A stretch of 64,000 nt of DNA from an uncultured virus (IMG/VR IMGVR_UViG_3300027782_003691) (lineage: Duplodnaviria; Heunggongvirae; Uroviricota; Caudoviricetes), in IMG/VR virus record IMGVR_UViG_3300027782_003691. One strand, given 5' to 3'. The notes beneath the pieces are model-generated. The model did no database searches, was not told where the DNA came from, and saw nothing but the letters and a program-made list of their open reading frames with translations. The position numbers were made by a program, and so were the translations under genes. The stretch's first letter is position 1; each line of letters starts with the position of its first letter. This document shows, piece by piece, positions 9,407 through 19,389 of the stretch.

Positions 9407-11224
9407 TCAACTATCAATTGTATTCACCATACTTTCACTAAATTTTGATTTAAGCCAGTCATAGTCATTTATCAATTGCAATGTTTCTTGATTAGATGCA
9501 TTATCCTCCCCAAATTTCCTTCCGGCTATGGCACCAGCAATAGCATAGTCACCAAAGGGGTTATCCGCTCCAAGAGTACACCAAATGTCCAATCGTTTTT
9601 CTGTTTCTCGAACTAATTGGCCTTTTACTACTTTACTGGCTAACTTAGCACATTCCCTAAAACCGCTACGCCAAGCACTGAACGCATCACTATTAAAAGC
9701 AGTAGTGTTGCTGATTTTGGGCATTAATTTAAATTTTTTGCTTAGACTGGTAGTCATGTCAGTATTATTAGGGTCAGCTGCTAATACTAACTGTGTGGGA
9801 AATAATTTTACTCCACCGTACCCGTATTTTAAATCGTTTATAGGATTAACACTGCGCCAAACGTGAACACAATCACGGTCAAACAAATTCGGTTGAAATT
9901 TAAAATCCCAATAATCAGCTATCTCAGCATCACCGTCTACTACATAGAACATATCAGTGGTAACTATGCTTGCTGCTTGTTTATGCGCGGCTACTATTCC
10001 TTTCACACCCGACACTCGTTTGGCATACGGTGCTTTTCTCAACACTCGTTGCCAATTGTCCTCGGCGTTGGGTTCATTATAACTGATAAAAACGACATCC
10101 AAGCGGTCTGGTAAGTTACAGTTAATTACACCTGCGACCTTGGATCCCTCAGGATTATGCGGAATAATTTTAGCAGCCCACACTTCATTAAAATTGTTAA
10201 CTAATCTTTCGTCAATTACCCACACTTGCTCATATACTAGATCATAGTATGGAATTTTCTCTGTAATAGTATATTTTAAATTAGGTAGTTCTGGATTGAA
10301 TACTATCTTGGGACTAACATATCCCATGTCTTTTATAGGTTTGGGTATTCCATTTGCTATTTTAAATTTAATAGCCCAAACTTTATCCTCTGTGGGATTG
10401 AATCGTTCATCTAGATACCATACATACTCATAATTTAGTTCATACCACGGTATTGATAAATTTAAATCAAAGTCTATTTTAGGTATATCTGGGTTGTATT
10501 TTAATCTATATCGTGGGGTAAGATATCCCATATCTTTAACAGGCTTAACTACGCCATTACGCAATTTTACTTTAACCGCCCAAACTTTATCCTCAGTGGG
10601 ATTGAATTGTTCATCTAGATACCATACATGTTCGTAATTTAACTCATACCAAGGTATCACTACATTGAAATCATACTTCACATCTTTAATATCAGGATTA
10701 TATTTTATTCTAACTTTGGGACTAATATATCCCATGTCCTTTGTCCCTGCGACAGGGCAATCTTTCAATGAACATTTCATCACCCAAACTTTATCGTTAG
10801 TTGGATTATATTGCGGATCTAAGTACCATATCATTTGGTAAGATAAATCAACTAAATCTTGTGTAGGTAGCTTTGATGGATCGTTTAAAAACGGTATTGA
10901 TTCTGGAATGTCTGGATTTCTTTCCCATACTATATCATTATGAATTACTGCTGGCCAATGTCCTTGTTCAGGAGTCCATGACTTATTAAAGTATTTTGCT
11001 ATCCACTTGCCATTACATTTCCACACTATGCATTTAATGCTTGGTGTAGGCGGAATACTTTCAATAGTTTTGTATAATTCAGTCTCCTCAAATTCAGGAT
11101 TTACCACTAAAAACTCTTCATGCCCATTGCCTAGCTTAGATAGTTGACGATCATATTCTAGAAAGTCGCCATTCCATTCAATCTTCTCAATTTCTTCTTT
11201 AGGTACTTGGTAGATGTTTAGCAT
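9407..11224 (-). CDS. repeat-containing protein with C-terminal GT-A glycosyltransferase-like domain
   Basis: C-terminal DVVFISYNEPNA...YVVDGD...GYGGVKL; about 4 internal ~67-aa repeats. Confidence 0.7.
   Translation of the reverse strand: MLNIYQVPKEEIEKIEWNGDFLEYDRQLSKLGNGHEEFLVVNPEFEETELYKTIESIPPTPSIKCIVWKCNGKWIAKYFNKSWTPEQGHWPAVIHNDIVWERNPDIPESIPFLNDPSKLPTQDLVDLSYQMIWYLDPQYNPTNDKVWVMKCSLKDCPVAGTKDMGYISPKVRIKYNPDIKDVKYDFNVVIPWYELNYEHVWYLDEQFNPTEDKVWAVKVKLRNGVVKPVKDMGYLTPRYRLKYNPDIPKIDFDLNLSIPWYELNYEYVWYLDERFNPTEDKVWAIKFKIANGIPKPIKDMGYVSPKIVFNPELPNLKYTITEKIPYYDLVYEQVWVIDERLVNNFNEVWAAKIIPHNPEGSKVAGVINCNLPDRLDVVFISYNEPNAEDNWQRVLRKAPYAKRVSGVKGIVAAHKQAASIVTTDMFYVVDGDAEIADYWDFKFQPNLFDRDCVHVWRSVNPINDLKYGYGGVKLFPTQLVLAADPNNTDMTTSLSKKFKLMPKISNTTAFNSDAFSAWRSGFRECAKLASKVVKGQLVRETEKRLDIWCTLGADNPFGDYAIAGAIAGRKFGEDNASNQETLQLINDYDWLKSKFSESMVNTIDS
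10150..10930 (-). repeat. intragenic ~200-bp (~67-aa) tandem repeats, about 4 degenerate copies
   Basis: Repeated NPDIP...IPWYELNYExVWYLDExFNPTEDKVWA...KDMGY; boundaries approximate. Confidence 0.8.
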
Positions 11225-11254
11225 AGTCTAGTATTTAACTGTATATATTATAGA

Positions 11255-12130
11255 TCAAAAATATTTTGCAGTATGTTGTTGCCATTCATGATGAGTAAGA
11301 TGATCTATGTTAATTCTGTAAAATTTTCTTAGTTCAGTATCACTATTGAATTTTAATTCAGTCCTACTGTGTACAAAAGGCCAATTATCATAAATTGATA
11401 TGTCATAAGTATCCCAGATGTGGGTGTAGGTCAACTCAGGTATCTTTTCTAAATAGGTTAACCATTCTCGTATCAAAGAACAATCTGGTTGGATTACGTC
11501 ATCAATTTTTACACCGCATACCCATGCTTCTACATTTTTTCCCCAGTTGTAATAGTTCAGGCGTAGTGATTGCTTTCCAGTTATAGGATGAGTCTTTAAC
11601 AAATCAAATTCTTTAATATCTGTGCCAGGAGTATACCAACTTTGTTGTATAATTTTTACACGGGGCAACAGACTTTTCATTTCTGGAGTAAGGTAATCTA
11701 TGGCATGTTCAAGATTTAGCCAAGATGTCTTGCCTGATTCTGTTGGGTTTGGATTTGCCACAATCCACAAACTTCTAAATGGAAATGGCTTATATGTTCT
11801 ATTTGGTATGTCAGCATGCCATGGCATTTCACTCATGCCTAATCGTTTTGCTGTATTAGTTATTGGACTTAATGTCATTTCACCGTGTTCAGTATCTACG
11901 GACTCTACGCTTTCTCTAGAGTAGGCATAATCATCAGGTTGCCACGGTGATCCAAAGTGTAAACTAAACTCTGCGTATTCAGTATTGGTAAATTTAACTT
12001 GTTTAAAGAATATTACTTTTCGTTTGTATATTAAATTACGCCAATAGTCAGCATCATATAAAAAGAATTCGGCTGGCGATTCTAATTGTATAATTGAACC
12101 CCAACTGCTATGTATATCAGTTATTTTCAT
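11255..12130 (-). CDS. TauD/TfdA family dioxygenase
   Basis: WHAD, HPITGK, HxWxxxDIxIYDN...HSR motifs. Confidence 0.85.
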   Translation of the reverse strand: MKITDIHSSWGSIIQLESPAEFFLYDADYWRNLIYKRKVIFFKQVKFTNTEYAEFSLHFGSPWQPDDYAYSRESVESVDTEHGEMTLSPITNTAKRLGMSEMPWHADIPNRTYKPFPFRSLWIVANPNPTESGKTSWLNLEHAIDYLTPEMKSLLPRVKIIQQSWYTPGTDIKEFDLLKTHPITGKQSLRLNYYNWGKNVEAWVCGVKIDDVIQPDCSLIREWLTYLEKIPELTYTHIWDTYDISIYDNWPFVHSRTELKFNSDTELRKFYRINIDHLTHHEWQQHTAKYF

Positions 12131-12735
12131 GATAACCTTGCATCTATGATAAAGTTTATTCTGTCCTCATTGCTGCGATTTTCTAACCAGTGCGGCACAT
12201 GATTATTAACCCAGAATAATGAATCGTTTTCTAAAGTACATTCTTCATTCCTAATTACAAAGATGTTTTCTTCAGCAGCAGTAACAGTAAAATGAAATCT
12301 GTCATAGTAACTAAAATATTTTCCGCTATCAGTATGCGTGTCAATAGTGGATTTAGCTGCTAATTTGCTGATAAAAATTCTACCAAATTCAACATGTTCT
12401 GCTCCGGTGGTTAATAGAATTTTTTCGAACCAAGTTATAGCTTTTTTAAAAACATCAATATCGGCTTGTTCCAGCGGTTGTATATCCATCCATTGATTAG
12501 CTTGTGTAGTATCTGAACCATCTGGGAGATCTTTTAACGCATATAAATGTATAGTTTCGGTAAATCGTAGTGCATGTGTTAATCTCTGTCTATTTGTAAC
12601 TAGTTTCCATAAGTCACTGTTGATAGTATCAGAAAAATAAGTTCTTAGTTCTTCACCTAATTCTTTGTTTTCTCCTATTCTGAAATAGTTTAGATCACCG
12701 ACAAATAGTTTGAACGGACTAACTAAGCTGTTCAT
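12127..12735 (-). CDS. aspartyl/asparaginyl beta-hydroxylase-like oxygenase
   Basis: GRIFISKL...IDTHTD...RFH...HWLENRSNEDRINFIID; GGAGG SD before chosen ATG. Confidence 0.8.
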   Translation of the reverse strand: MNSLVSPFKLFVGDLNYFRIGENKELGEELRTYFSDTINSDLWKLVTNRQRLTHALRFTETIHLYALKDLPDGSDTTQANQWMDIQPLEQADIDVFKKAITWFEKILLTTGAEHVEFGRIFISKLAAKSTIDTHTDSGKYFSYYDRFHFTVTAAEENIFVIRNEECTLENDSLFWVNNHVPHWLENRSNEDRINFIIDARLS

Positions 12736-13250
12736 ATATTGCCTCCAATTGGTAGTAATCTTCTGTGCTTTTGTTTTAGGAATGAACAACGCACTACTGT
12801 ATCTCTTTCTGGTAACATGCGATTGTATAGTATTTGCCAGTAATTATTGTACAAACATCTTGTTTTTGCCGGGACGACACATTCATCAACGTACTTGTAC
12901 CTTAAATTAAACAAAATATCCACGGACCCAATATCATCAGCATCAATAAGTGAGTAAAACTTCAGCCTACCCATTCCTTCATTATGCGCTATTGCTGCGC
13001 CTATTAATGTGCGAAGTTCGTCTTTGGTATCATTCGATTTTACATCGGTAATATACCAGCAAGCGTCATCACGGCTCATATAAAATGATATAAAAGAAGT
13101 TATGCTGCCATCTTCTTGTTCTATGCCCAATGCCTTATAACTAGTTAACCCTGATAGATAAGTATCAACAAATCGCTGATATAAAGCATCTACTGTAAAC
13201 AAAGGTTTAATAAGTTCTCTGTATAATAAATTTAATTCTACGATTTTCAT
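12732..13250 (-). CDS. hypothetical protein, GNAT-like fold possible
   Basis: 172 aa, translationally coupled; weak GNAT-like strand pattern. Confidence 0.45.
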   Translation of the reverse strand: MKIVELNLLYRELIKPLFTVDALYQRFVDTYLSGLTSYKALGIEQEDGSITSFISFYMSRDDACWYITDVKSNDTKDELRTLIGAAIAHNEGMGRLKFYSLIDADDIGSVDILFNLRYKYVDECVVPAKTRCLYNNYWQILYNRMLPERDTVVRCSFLKQKHRRLLPIGGNI

Positions 13251-14164
13251 GCCAATCCCTTTAATTGCTGTATTACTGTATCATAATGTATGCCATCTAC
13301 ATTGGCTTCTAGCCTTTTGATTTGAGTCCTTCCTAATTCTTTGTATACTTCTTGATTAAAGTCTAGTAGCTTTTCAAATCCATGTGTTTTTGATTTAGGT
13401 CTAGTTTTGTATAGTGTGGATAAAATTGAGTTCTTGCTGCTGGCAGAGTTTAGCTTGTAATTGTAACGATTAGACACAAGTTCTTTTACTAAAGGATTTT
13501 CTAACCAATATAATAGCAACTCAGGCGTATAGCTAAACCATTCATTCACCAATGGCACTCCAAATTTATTAGAGAACCGCATAGCACTAGCATCTTCATT
13601 TTCTCTAAGTGTATAATACCAATAACTATCATTAAGATTTACTTGTCTAGTAAGTAATGCTTCTCCGCCCATTACTGCCGGAGCACCTAGTTTTAATACA
13701 CTTCTGTAAACCATAATATAAGTTATCTGAGTACATTGTATTTGCTCGCCAAACTCTTTAGCTTCACCTGAATAGTAAAAATCCTCAATATCTATATCAA
13801 TAATATCTAGCTTAACGCCCAACTCATCGGCTATTGCTTGCGCTTCGACTAAATCACTGGCATTGTAGTCATTTTTGAATCTAAGAGTAACACAGCGTGG
13901 TTTGAATCCTGTTGCTACGAAATTTCTTAGTACTATTTCGCTGTCAGTGCCACCTGATAAAAATAATACAAGATCCTTGCCAAAATCACTTCTTACTAGC
14001 CGAGCAGTACGATGTAATTCTTCTGCATATGAGCTAGCAGCATATCGTTCTGGATCTATTGCACCAACTCTTACTGAATACTTTTCTATTGAATTTGTTC
14101 TATAGTCATAATCACGCCCGCCTATGCTGTATACAAGATGATTATTGTGAGTGAAGTTTATCAT
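13247..14164 (-). CDS. PP-loop (adenine nucleotide alpha hydrolase / asparagine synthase-like) protein
   Basis: LFLSGGTDSE motif. Confidence 0.7.
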   Translation of the reverse strand: MINFTHNNHLVYSIGGRDYDYRTNSIEKYSVRVGAIDPERYAASSYAEELHRTARLVRSDFGKDLVLFLSGGTDSEIVLRNFVATGFKPRCVTLRFKNDYNASDLVEAQAIADELGVKLDIIDIDIEDFYYSGEAKEFGEQIQCTQITYIMVYRSVLKLGAPAVMGGEALLTRQVNLNDSYWYYTLRENEDASAMRFSNKFGVPLVNEWFSYTPELLLYWLENPLVKELVSNRYNYKLNSASSKNSILSTLYKTRPKSKTHGFEKLLDFNQEVYKELGRTQIKRLEANVDGIHYDTVIQQLKGLA

Positions 14165-14975
14165 TACGCTCTCGCCAAATTTTCTGTCTGCTTTCTTTAG
14201 TTGCAATCAATGGTAAAAAGATTAAACTAAAATCCCACTCACTTGATTTGCCACTTACGCTGGAACCGAAATCATAGCTACTTGCTTTTTCATGATGATT
14301 GTTGTGCCATCCCTGACCCCATGTAATCCAAGCTAGTAATGATACATTACGACTTTGATCTTTTGTATCAAAATTTCTATAACCATAGCCTGGACTGTGG
14401 CAAAATATATTAATGTTACTTTCCATGTATAAGCTCAGTGCCGCTGGTACAATGAAACCAAATAGCAACAATTCCCAACTAATTAAACCTATTATAACAT
14501 ACGTTGCAAGAATAATATAGTTATAATGTTTTGCAATCCATACGTGCATGGGATCTCTAACCAAATCTATTGCGTACTTGGGATTAAAGTATTTGACCCA
14601 GTCATGTAACCATACGTGCCACGCATACCACCAGCCTTTGGCAGGGGTGTGGGCATCTTTTTCTGTGTCACTGTATCTATGATGACTACCTCTGTGTACT
14701 GCTGCCCAACCAAGCGGACTGCCCTGTAGTGACAAACAACTGATCCATAGTAAGATTGGTTTTAATCCTGGACGTAGCTCAACAGCTTTATGGCTAACAT
14801 ATCTATGCAGCACTACCGACACGCCAAGCCCCTCTATTATGATCCAACCAATTAGCAATTGCCAAAAGTTAGTCCATGTAAAATCAAAGAATGTAAGAAA
14901 TAATATTGTGCCTATCCATGCTATAGCATGTATTGGATAGAGTATGTAGTATAAGAATGAATTTATTTTAGGCAT
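14142..14975 (-). CDS. membrane fatty acid (delta-9-type) desaturase
   Basis: His boxes HRYVSH, HRGSHH, HNNHH plus transmembrane segments. Confidence 0.9.
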   Translation of the reverse strand: MPKINSFLYYILYPIHAIAWIGTILFLTFFDFTWTNFWQLLIGWIIIEGLGVSVVLHRYVSHKAVELRPGLKPILLWISCLSLQGSPLGWAAVHRGSHHRYSDTEKDAHTPAKGWWYAWHVWLHDWVKYFNPKYAIDLVRDPMHVWIAKHYNYIILATYVIIGLISWELLLFGFIVPAALSLYMESNINIFCHSPGYGYRNFDTKDQSRNVSLLAWITWGQGWHNNHHEKASSYDFGSSVSGKSSEWDFSLIFLPLIATKESRQKIWRERNDKLHSQ

Positions 14976-15000
14976 AAGGTATTTAATTAAATATAGTACG
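14976..15000. promoter_or_regulatory. back-to-back TAAATA late-promoter-like motifs for divergent genes
   Basis: tattta-at-taaata in a 25-bp gap, each a few nt from an ATG, no SD. Confidence 0.55.
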
Positions 15001-15576
15001 ATGAAAAAAATAGTTGATTTTGCTACAAATTTTGATACACATCTGTGGGAACAATATCAAGAATATCTCATTAACACAACCGACGAGCTTAAAGAAAATT
15101 ATGTAGGATTAAATCCTAAAGATTTTTTATCATTTCCGGTTGTTATTATAAATGATAAAATTGTATGTTTCAGTGCGTTACAAATTAGTGATGAACGTTG
15201 GGCAAAAGGTATTGGAAGATGTAGTACTAGGATGTGGATACATCCAGACTATAGACATGGACTATCTAAGTTTGGCGGCGGCGATAAGTTCCTTAATACA
15301 ACTTACTGCTTACCCATACAATTCAATGTAGCCAAACTAAACAACCTTGACTGTTTATTTATTAGCCGAGAACATAACTTAACTGCGTTCAAAAAATATG
15401 GCGGGCTCATAACTGTCAACTGTGGAGTTGATTTTGTTATGGAGCCCGCCAAATATAATGTGTGTGGATCACAAGATCCTGTTCCTGAAAGTTGTAAACA
15501 GTGGGTTATGCTACACCATTTGACCACTAAAGGTGCTGCGTTGTGGTATGACTCAATGAGTCAGTACATATTATAA
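15001..15576 (+). CDS. GNAT-like hypothetical protein
   Basis: IVCFSAL...GRCSTRMWIHPDYRHG resembles GNAT motif A. Confidence 0.5.
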   Translation: MKKIVDFATNFDTHLWEQYQEYLINTTDELKENYVGLNPKDFLSFPVVIINDKIVCFSALQISDERWAKGIGRCSTRMWIHPDYRHGLSKFGGGDKFLNTTYCLPIQFNVAKLNNLDCLFISREHNLTAFKKYGGLITVNCGVDFVMEPAKYNVCGSQDPVPESCKQWVMLHHLTTKGAALWYDSMSQYIL

Positions 15577-16512
15577 TTTTAATTGTTTAAGCCAATCATA
15601 ATATTCACGTAACCCTTGTGCCAGGTCAATTTCAGGATAATAACCGAAATCTGTTTTTGCCTTTTGTATGCTTAGTTGCCCGCGTGTTGGAAATGCTTCA
15701 TCACGTTTCCCCACTAGTACAGTACCTTTTCCCACGATTTCAGTTACCAATTCCGCCGCAGATAGTAAGGAATGCGATTTTCCACGTGATATATTATAAG
15801 TAGAATTCACAGAATTGTCACTTATTGCTGCCAGAGATATGCCGGTAGCAGTATCGTCAACATAGGTAAAATCTAATTGCTCATCCGCCCCATGTACTTG
15901 TAATTTTTCTCCACGCATCGCAGCAGCAAAAAACTTGCTGATAACTCTATCGGTCACGTCATAAGGGCCGTATACAGCCGAGGGACGAACAATAGTATAA
16001 TCTAATCCGTATTGTCTGCTATAGTCTTTCACCAGCCATTCTCCGGCCAATTTCATTATTCCATATTGACCTATAGGTGCGCACTCATCATTTTCATCGA
16101 CAGTATGATGGAAGTTACCATACACCATGCTTGAGCTAGCATACACAAATCTTTTAACTTTATGCTTAACCGATAGTTCAAGTAAGTTAAGTAATCCTTC
16201 GCTCATTACTCTACTACCCAGTACAGGGTTTTTGTTTACAACTTTTTGTCGTGGAAAACTGGCTAAGTGTATAACAACATCGACTCCATCGAATATTTTA
16301 TCATCTAATGGACCAGAGATATTGGCATATGTGATGTTGCGAGTATGTATTCTACAATACCTTTCCAACATTAGGTATTCTAACTCGGCTCTGGGAATGA
16401 CTCCATAATCAGTTTGGTTATCTATAATTCTAACTTTATGGTTAAAATTTTCCAGTACACGGACTACATTATGTCCTATGAAACCCAACCCACCTGTAAT
16501 TAGTATTTTCAT
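15571..16512 (-). CDS. NAD-dependent nucleotide-sugar epimerase/dehydratase
   Basis: TGGLGFIG, SSSMVYG, YGIMK (YxxxK). Confidence 0.92.
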   Translation of the reverse strand: MKILITGGLGFIGHNVVRVLENFNHKVRIIDNQTDYGVIPRAELEYLMLERYCRIHTRNITYANISGPLDDKIFDGVDVVIHLASFPRQKVVNKNPVLGSRVMSEGLLNLLELSVKHKVKRFVYASSSMVYGNFHHTVDENDECAPIGQYGIMKLAGEWLVKDYSRQYGLDYTIVRPSAVYGPYDVTDRVISKFFAAAMRGEKLQVHGADEQLDFTYVDDTATGISLAAISDNSVNSTYNISRGKSHSLLSAAELVTEIVGKGTVLVGKRDEAFPTRGQLSIQKAKTDFGYYPEIDLAQGLREYYDWLKQLKL

Positions 16513-16832
16513 TTAATGTCTTTCCACTTTAGTGTCCAAAAGGTCAAATCTTGTTCTTTAAGACGAGCTAGAATATAAAACTTGTGCCCGTATGTTATGG
16601 GTTCTTGAACTCGGTACCATTCTGGAGTTATTACAGAATTTTTCATGACCCATTTACCCATATCACTTGTTTGCCACTCCCACAGTGGATTTGCTGCATA
16701 TATATCAGGGTCGTCTACGTCTCCCATGGTAAACGAATGAACAACTACCGGTGTAATTTTGACAGATTCACCGTTAATTATTTTCCACTCTGTTCCTTTA
16801 GATGTACCCTCTTGATGCTTGGGTAACATCAT
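16509..16832 (-). CDS. hypothetical protein (F-x-L-K-W C-terminal family)
   Basis: Ends TFWTLKWKDIK. Confidence 0.6.
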   Translation of the reverse strand: MMLPKHQEGTSKGTEWKIINGESVKITPVVVHSFTMGDVDDPDIYAANPLWEWQTSDMGKWVMKNSVITPEWYRVQEPITYGHKFYILARLKEQDLTFWTLKWKDIK

Positions 16833-16833
16833 A

Positions 16834-17511
16834 TTAAACTACCAGGAATTCGGTTATCATGGGGAATACAGGTTCTATCGCTGCTGCACAGGCTTGGGCT
16901 ACTAGTCTATGCTCTTTTTGTGTTTCAGGCCCGCTACGAAGCTCTATGTAGTGCAACCAGCTACGTAATGTACCTTGCATATACAATCTGCTAAGGGTAA
17001 GTCCCTCTGGTAATACAGCACGAGCTTGTTCCTTGGCAATACCATTTGTAATAGCCCAATTATAAGAATGTTCCACAGCAGAAATAACTTCCTCCTGTTT
17101 CCATTTCCATTGTTCCATTAGGTTTTGTTCTGTAAGTGATGCTCCGGATAATGCAATACTATTCTGACGGTTTTTGGTATCTTGTAAACGTGTTTCTTTA
17201 AATTCCCAGCCTAGGTCAGCTACAGCGTATCGTTGACTAAATTCCTGAAAACTAAAACTACGATGACGCAATATTTGACGAGCAATATCACGAGTTACTT
17301 CAATTTCTAAACAAGCACTGACCATCTCAAGAGGTGACCAGTGATTGTGTTTAATAAGGTAGCGAATAAGTTTTTCGCTGGTGTCTGTGTTATTTTGATT
17401 AGCAGGATTGCTAACTCTGGCACAGTAAGCAACTAGTTCTTGGGCGTTAAAGATACCCTGGTTAACTAGTTCCTGACTGGGCTGGCTTGATGATACCAAT
17501 GTTACTTTCAC
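16834..17511 (-). CDS. thyX: FAD-dependent thymidylate synthase
   Basis: HWSPLE and RQILRHRSFSFQEFSQRY (RHRx7-8S) signature. Confidence 0.96.
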   Translation of the reverse strand: MKVTLVSSSQPSQELVNQGIFNAQELVAYCARVSNPANQNNTDTSEKLIRYLIKHNHWSPLEMVSACLEIEVTRDIARQILRHRSFSFQEFSQRYAVADLGWEFKETRLQDTKNRQNSIALSGASLTEQNLMEQWKWKQEEVISAVEHSYNWAITNGIAKEQARAVLPEGLTLSRLYMQGTLRSWLHYIELRSGPETQKEHRLVAQACAAAIEPVFPMITEFLVV

Positions 17512-17813
17512 AGTTTTCCTAATAGTTTATCTGTTTCGGGTTGTACTAACGCTGCTACACTTTTGATGTCGACTATAAACTCGACGTCCTTGATTTCTGT
17601 ATCCAATTCACCAAATGTTCTATTGACCACTTGTTCAAGGTCTTCGAGGTTTAATCCCTGTTTGATGAGTGTATGTATATTGATTGTACGTTGTCGACCA
17701 CTGGTCAACTTGAATACAATTTTTTTAATACACTCCAGTGGGACGTCTGTTTTGTTTACTTCCGCAACAATACTTTCCCACTGTTCCATCAACCGATCAG
17801 TTGGTTGCATCAC
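17508..17813 (-). CDS. hypothetical protein
   Basis: Coupled 101-aa ORF. Confidence 0.6.
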   Translation of the reverse strand: MMQPTDRLMEQWESIVAEVNKTDVPLECIKKIVFKLTSGRQRTINIHTLIKQGLNLEDLEQVVNRTFGELDTEIKDVEFIVDIKSVAALVQPETDKLLGKL

Positions 17814-18555
17814 TCACCGCAGATTCTGCCTTAGGTGGACGACCGCGACGTTTTGGTGCTTCGGCTACTGGAGGAGTCCAGGTAGCTTCTGCTGGGTTAA
17901 CGCCAGGCACCATACGTTCAGCATCCTTTTTCATACGCGAAGCTTCGGCGATCATAGAGTTTGCTTCTTGTTCCATGCGTTTGGCCTGAGCCACCATATT
18001 AGCTGCTATAGCGCGATCACTTAACACACCGTCTGCTGGTGCAACGAAGGTTTCAACTGGATCAATATAACGATTTTGTGCCGCTGTTTGTTTGGCCAGT
18101 TGTTCATCTTTATAGCGAGCTTCGGCTGCACGTTTAACTGATGGATCAACCATTCCACGTGATGCTTCGTTCTCTTCCATTTTTTTGCGAGCTTCTTCGC
18201 CTTTGTTCATTTCATTGACCATCTTGTTCATTTCATCTAGACGAACAGAAGCAGTACCGCCCGGAGTAATTAAAACATCAGCGCAGCGAATTTTCTTAAT
18301 CATACGCTCGCTGTGTAATGTTTCAAGAATAGGACGACCATCTGGAAGTAATGAACGATGCAAAGCATTGGCTAAACTATTTTCATTTTGACCTACTGGA
18401 CTTTCCACTACTCGTTGAATAGCATCTTGCCATGTTGCGTTTAGCACTTCTGGATAGATTACTAAACACATGTGTTCTTCATTTGGTACTTCACGATATA
18501 GTACCAATACTTTACGATCTCCGTGCTTTCCTACATGTTTAATCATTTGTGCCAT
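17797..18555 (-). CDS. hypothetical coiled-coil protein with C-terminal AT-hook-like motif
   Basis: KRRGRPPK near C-terminus; AGGAG SD before MAQMIK. Confidence 0.65.
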   Translation of the reverse strand: MAQMIKHVGKHGDRKVLVLYREVPNEEHMCLVIYPEVLNATWQDAIQRVVESPVGQNENSLANALHRSLLPDGRPILETLHSERMIKKIRCADVLITPGGTASVRLDEMNKMVNEMNKGEEARKKMEENEASRGMVDPSVKRAAEARYKDEQLAKQTAAQNRYIDPVETFVAPADGVLSDRAIAANMVAQAKRMEQEANSMIAEASRMKKDAERMVPGVNPAEATWTPPVAEAPKRRGRPPKAESAVSDATN

Positions 18556-18556
18556 G

Positions 18557-18796
18557 TTATACTCCTTGTGTTGTATCGCCAGTTGGCTCGGCGATATTTT
18601 TTTCACTTACGTCAGCAGCAGACTGTGCTTCTGCCAATGCTGCGATAAGAAAAGCTGTGAGCTTGTCATAGACTGCTCCAACTTGTGATAATTCTGCTCC
18701 CTGAAATGCACCACGGGTAGCTGCAAGATTAACGATAGCTCTAAGTGCATCAAGATCTGCTACGGTAATTGGTTGAGGTTGAGTTGTGTTTTCCAT
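18557..18796 (-). CDS. hypothetical protein
   Basis: 79 aa, TAAATA upstream. Confidence 0.65.
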   Translation of the reverse strand: MENTTQPQPITVADLDALRAIVNLAATRGAFQGAELSQVGAVYDKLTAFLIAALAEAQSAADVSEKNIAEPTGDTTQGV

Positions 18797-18833
18797 GTTG
18801 ATATTTAATAAAGAAATTACCTAACCAAAAATA

Positions 18834-18859
18834 AAAATGCCCCAGTTAAGGGGCATTTT
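18834..18859. terminator. intrinsic terminator (bidirectional-type)
   Basis: AAAATGCCCC-agttaa-GGGGCATTTT. Confidence 0.75.
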
Positions 18860-18895
18860 GGTAACATTGGCCCAGTAATTTACTTATTCAACACA

Positions 18896-19078
18896 CTAAA
18901 TTGCGTCAGTATCTAAATCACTAGGGTCTAAATTATCTACAGGTTTTTGGGTAACCGGAGTTACGGTAATTACATAGTGTTCGGATATGCTAACTGCAAG
19001 AAATCGAATCATATGTGCTATGTGGTCAGCGGTTACTGTGAGCGTAGGATATCCGTCCTGATCTTGTCCAAAACTCAA
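18896..19078 (-). CDS. hypothetical protein, paralog of C-terminal half of 19075-19389
   Basis: Shared FGQD...MI..LAV.IS...TVTPV. Confidence 0.55.
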   Translation of the reverse strand: MSFGQDQDGYPTLTVTADHIAHMIRFLAVSISEHYVITVTPVTQKPVDNLDPSDLDTDAI

Positions 19079-19389
19079 TCTACTTCTCCTGTCGTTTCTT
19101 CTGATTGGTTATCCTGTACTACCGGAGTTACTGTAACTACAAAGTTGTCAGAGATATTAACAGCCAACAGTTGAATCATACGTGCCACAGCACCATCACC
19201 CATTATTAGTGTGTTTTTCATGGTGCTATCTTGCCCAAAAGTGACTTGGGTACGACCATCGGATGTTATTCCAATAGTGTAGTGCGCTGACTCATCTTTC
19301 CTTGGCGCCTTAACAACCTCCACAGTTGGAATAACCTCCGCAGTTGGAGTGGGCGAGAGATAAGGTGTTTTGTTGAAAAATCCAAACAT
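19075..19389 (-). CDS. hypothetical protein
   Basis: GGAGG SD before MFGFF. Confidence 0.6.
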   Translation of the reverse strand: MFGFFNKTPYLSPTPTAEVIPTVEVVKAPRKDESAHYTIGITSDGRTQVTFGQDSTMKNTLIMGDGAVARMIQLLAVNISDNFVVTVTPVVQDNQSEETTGEVD

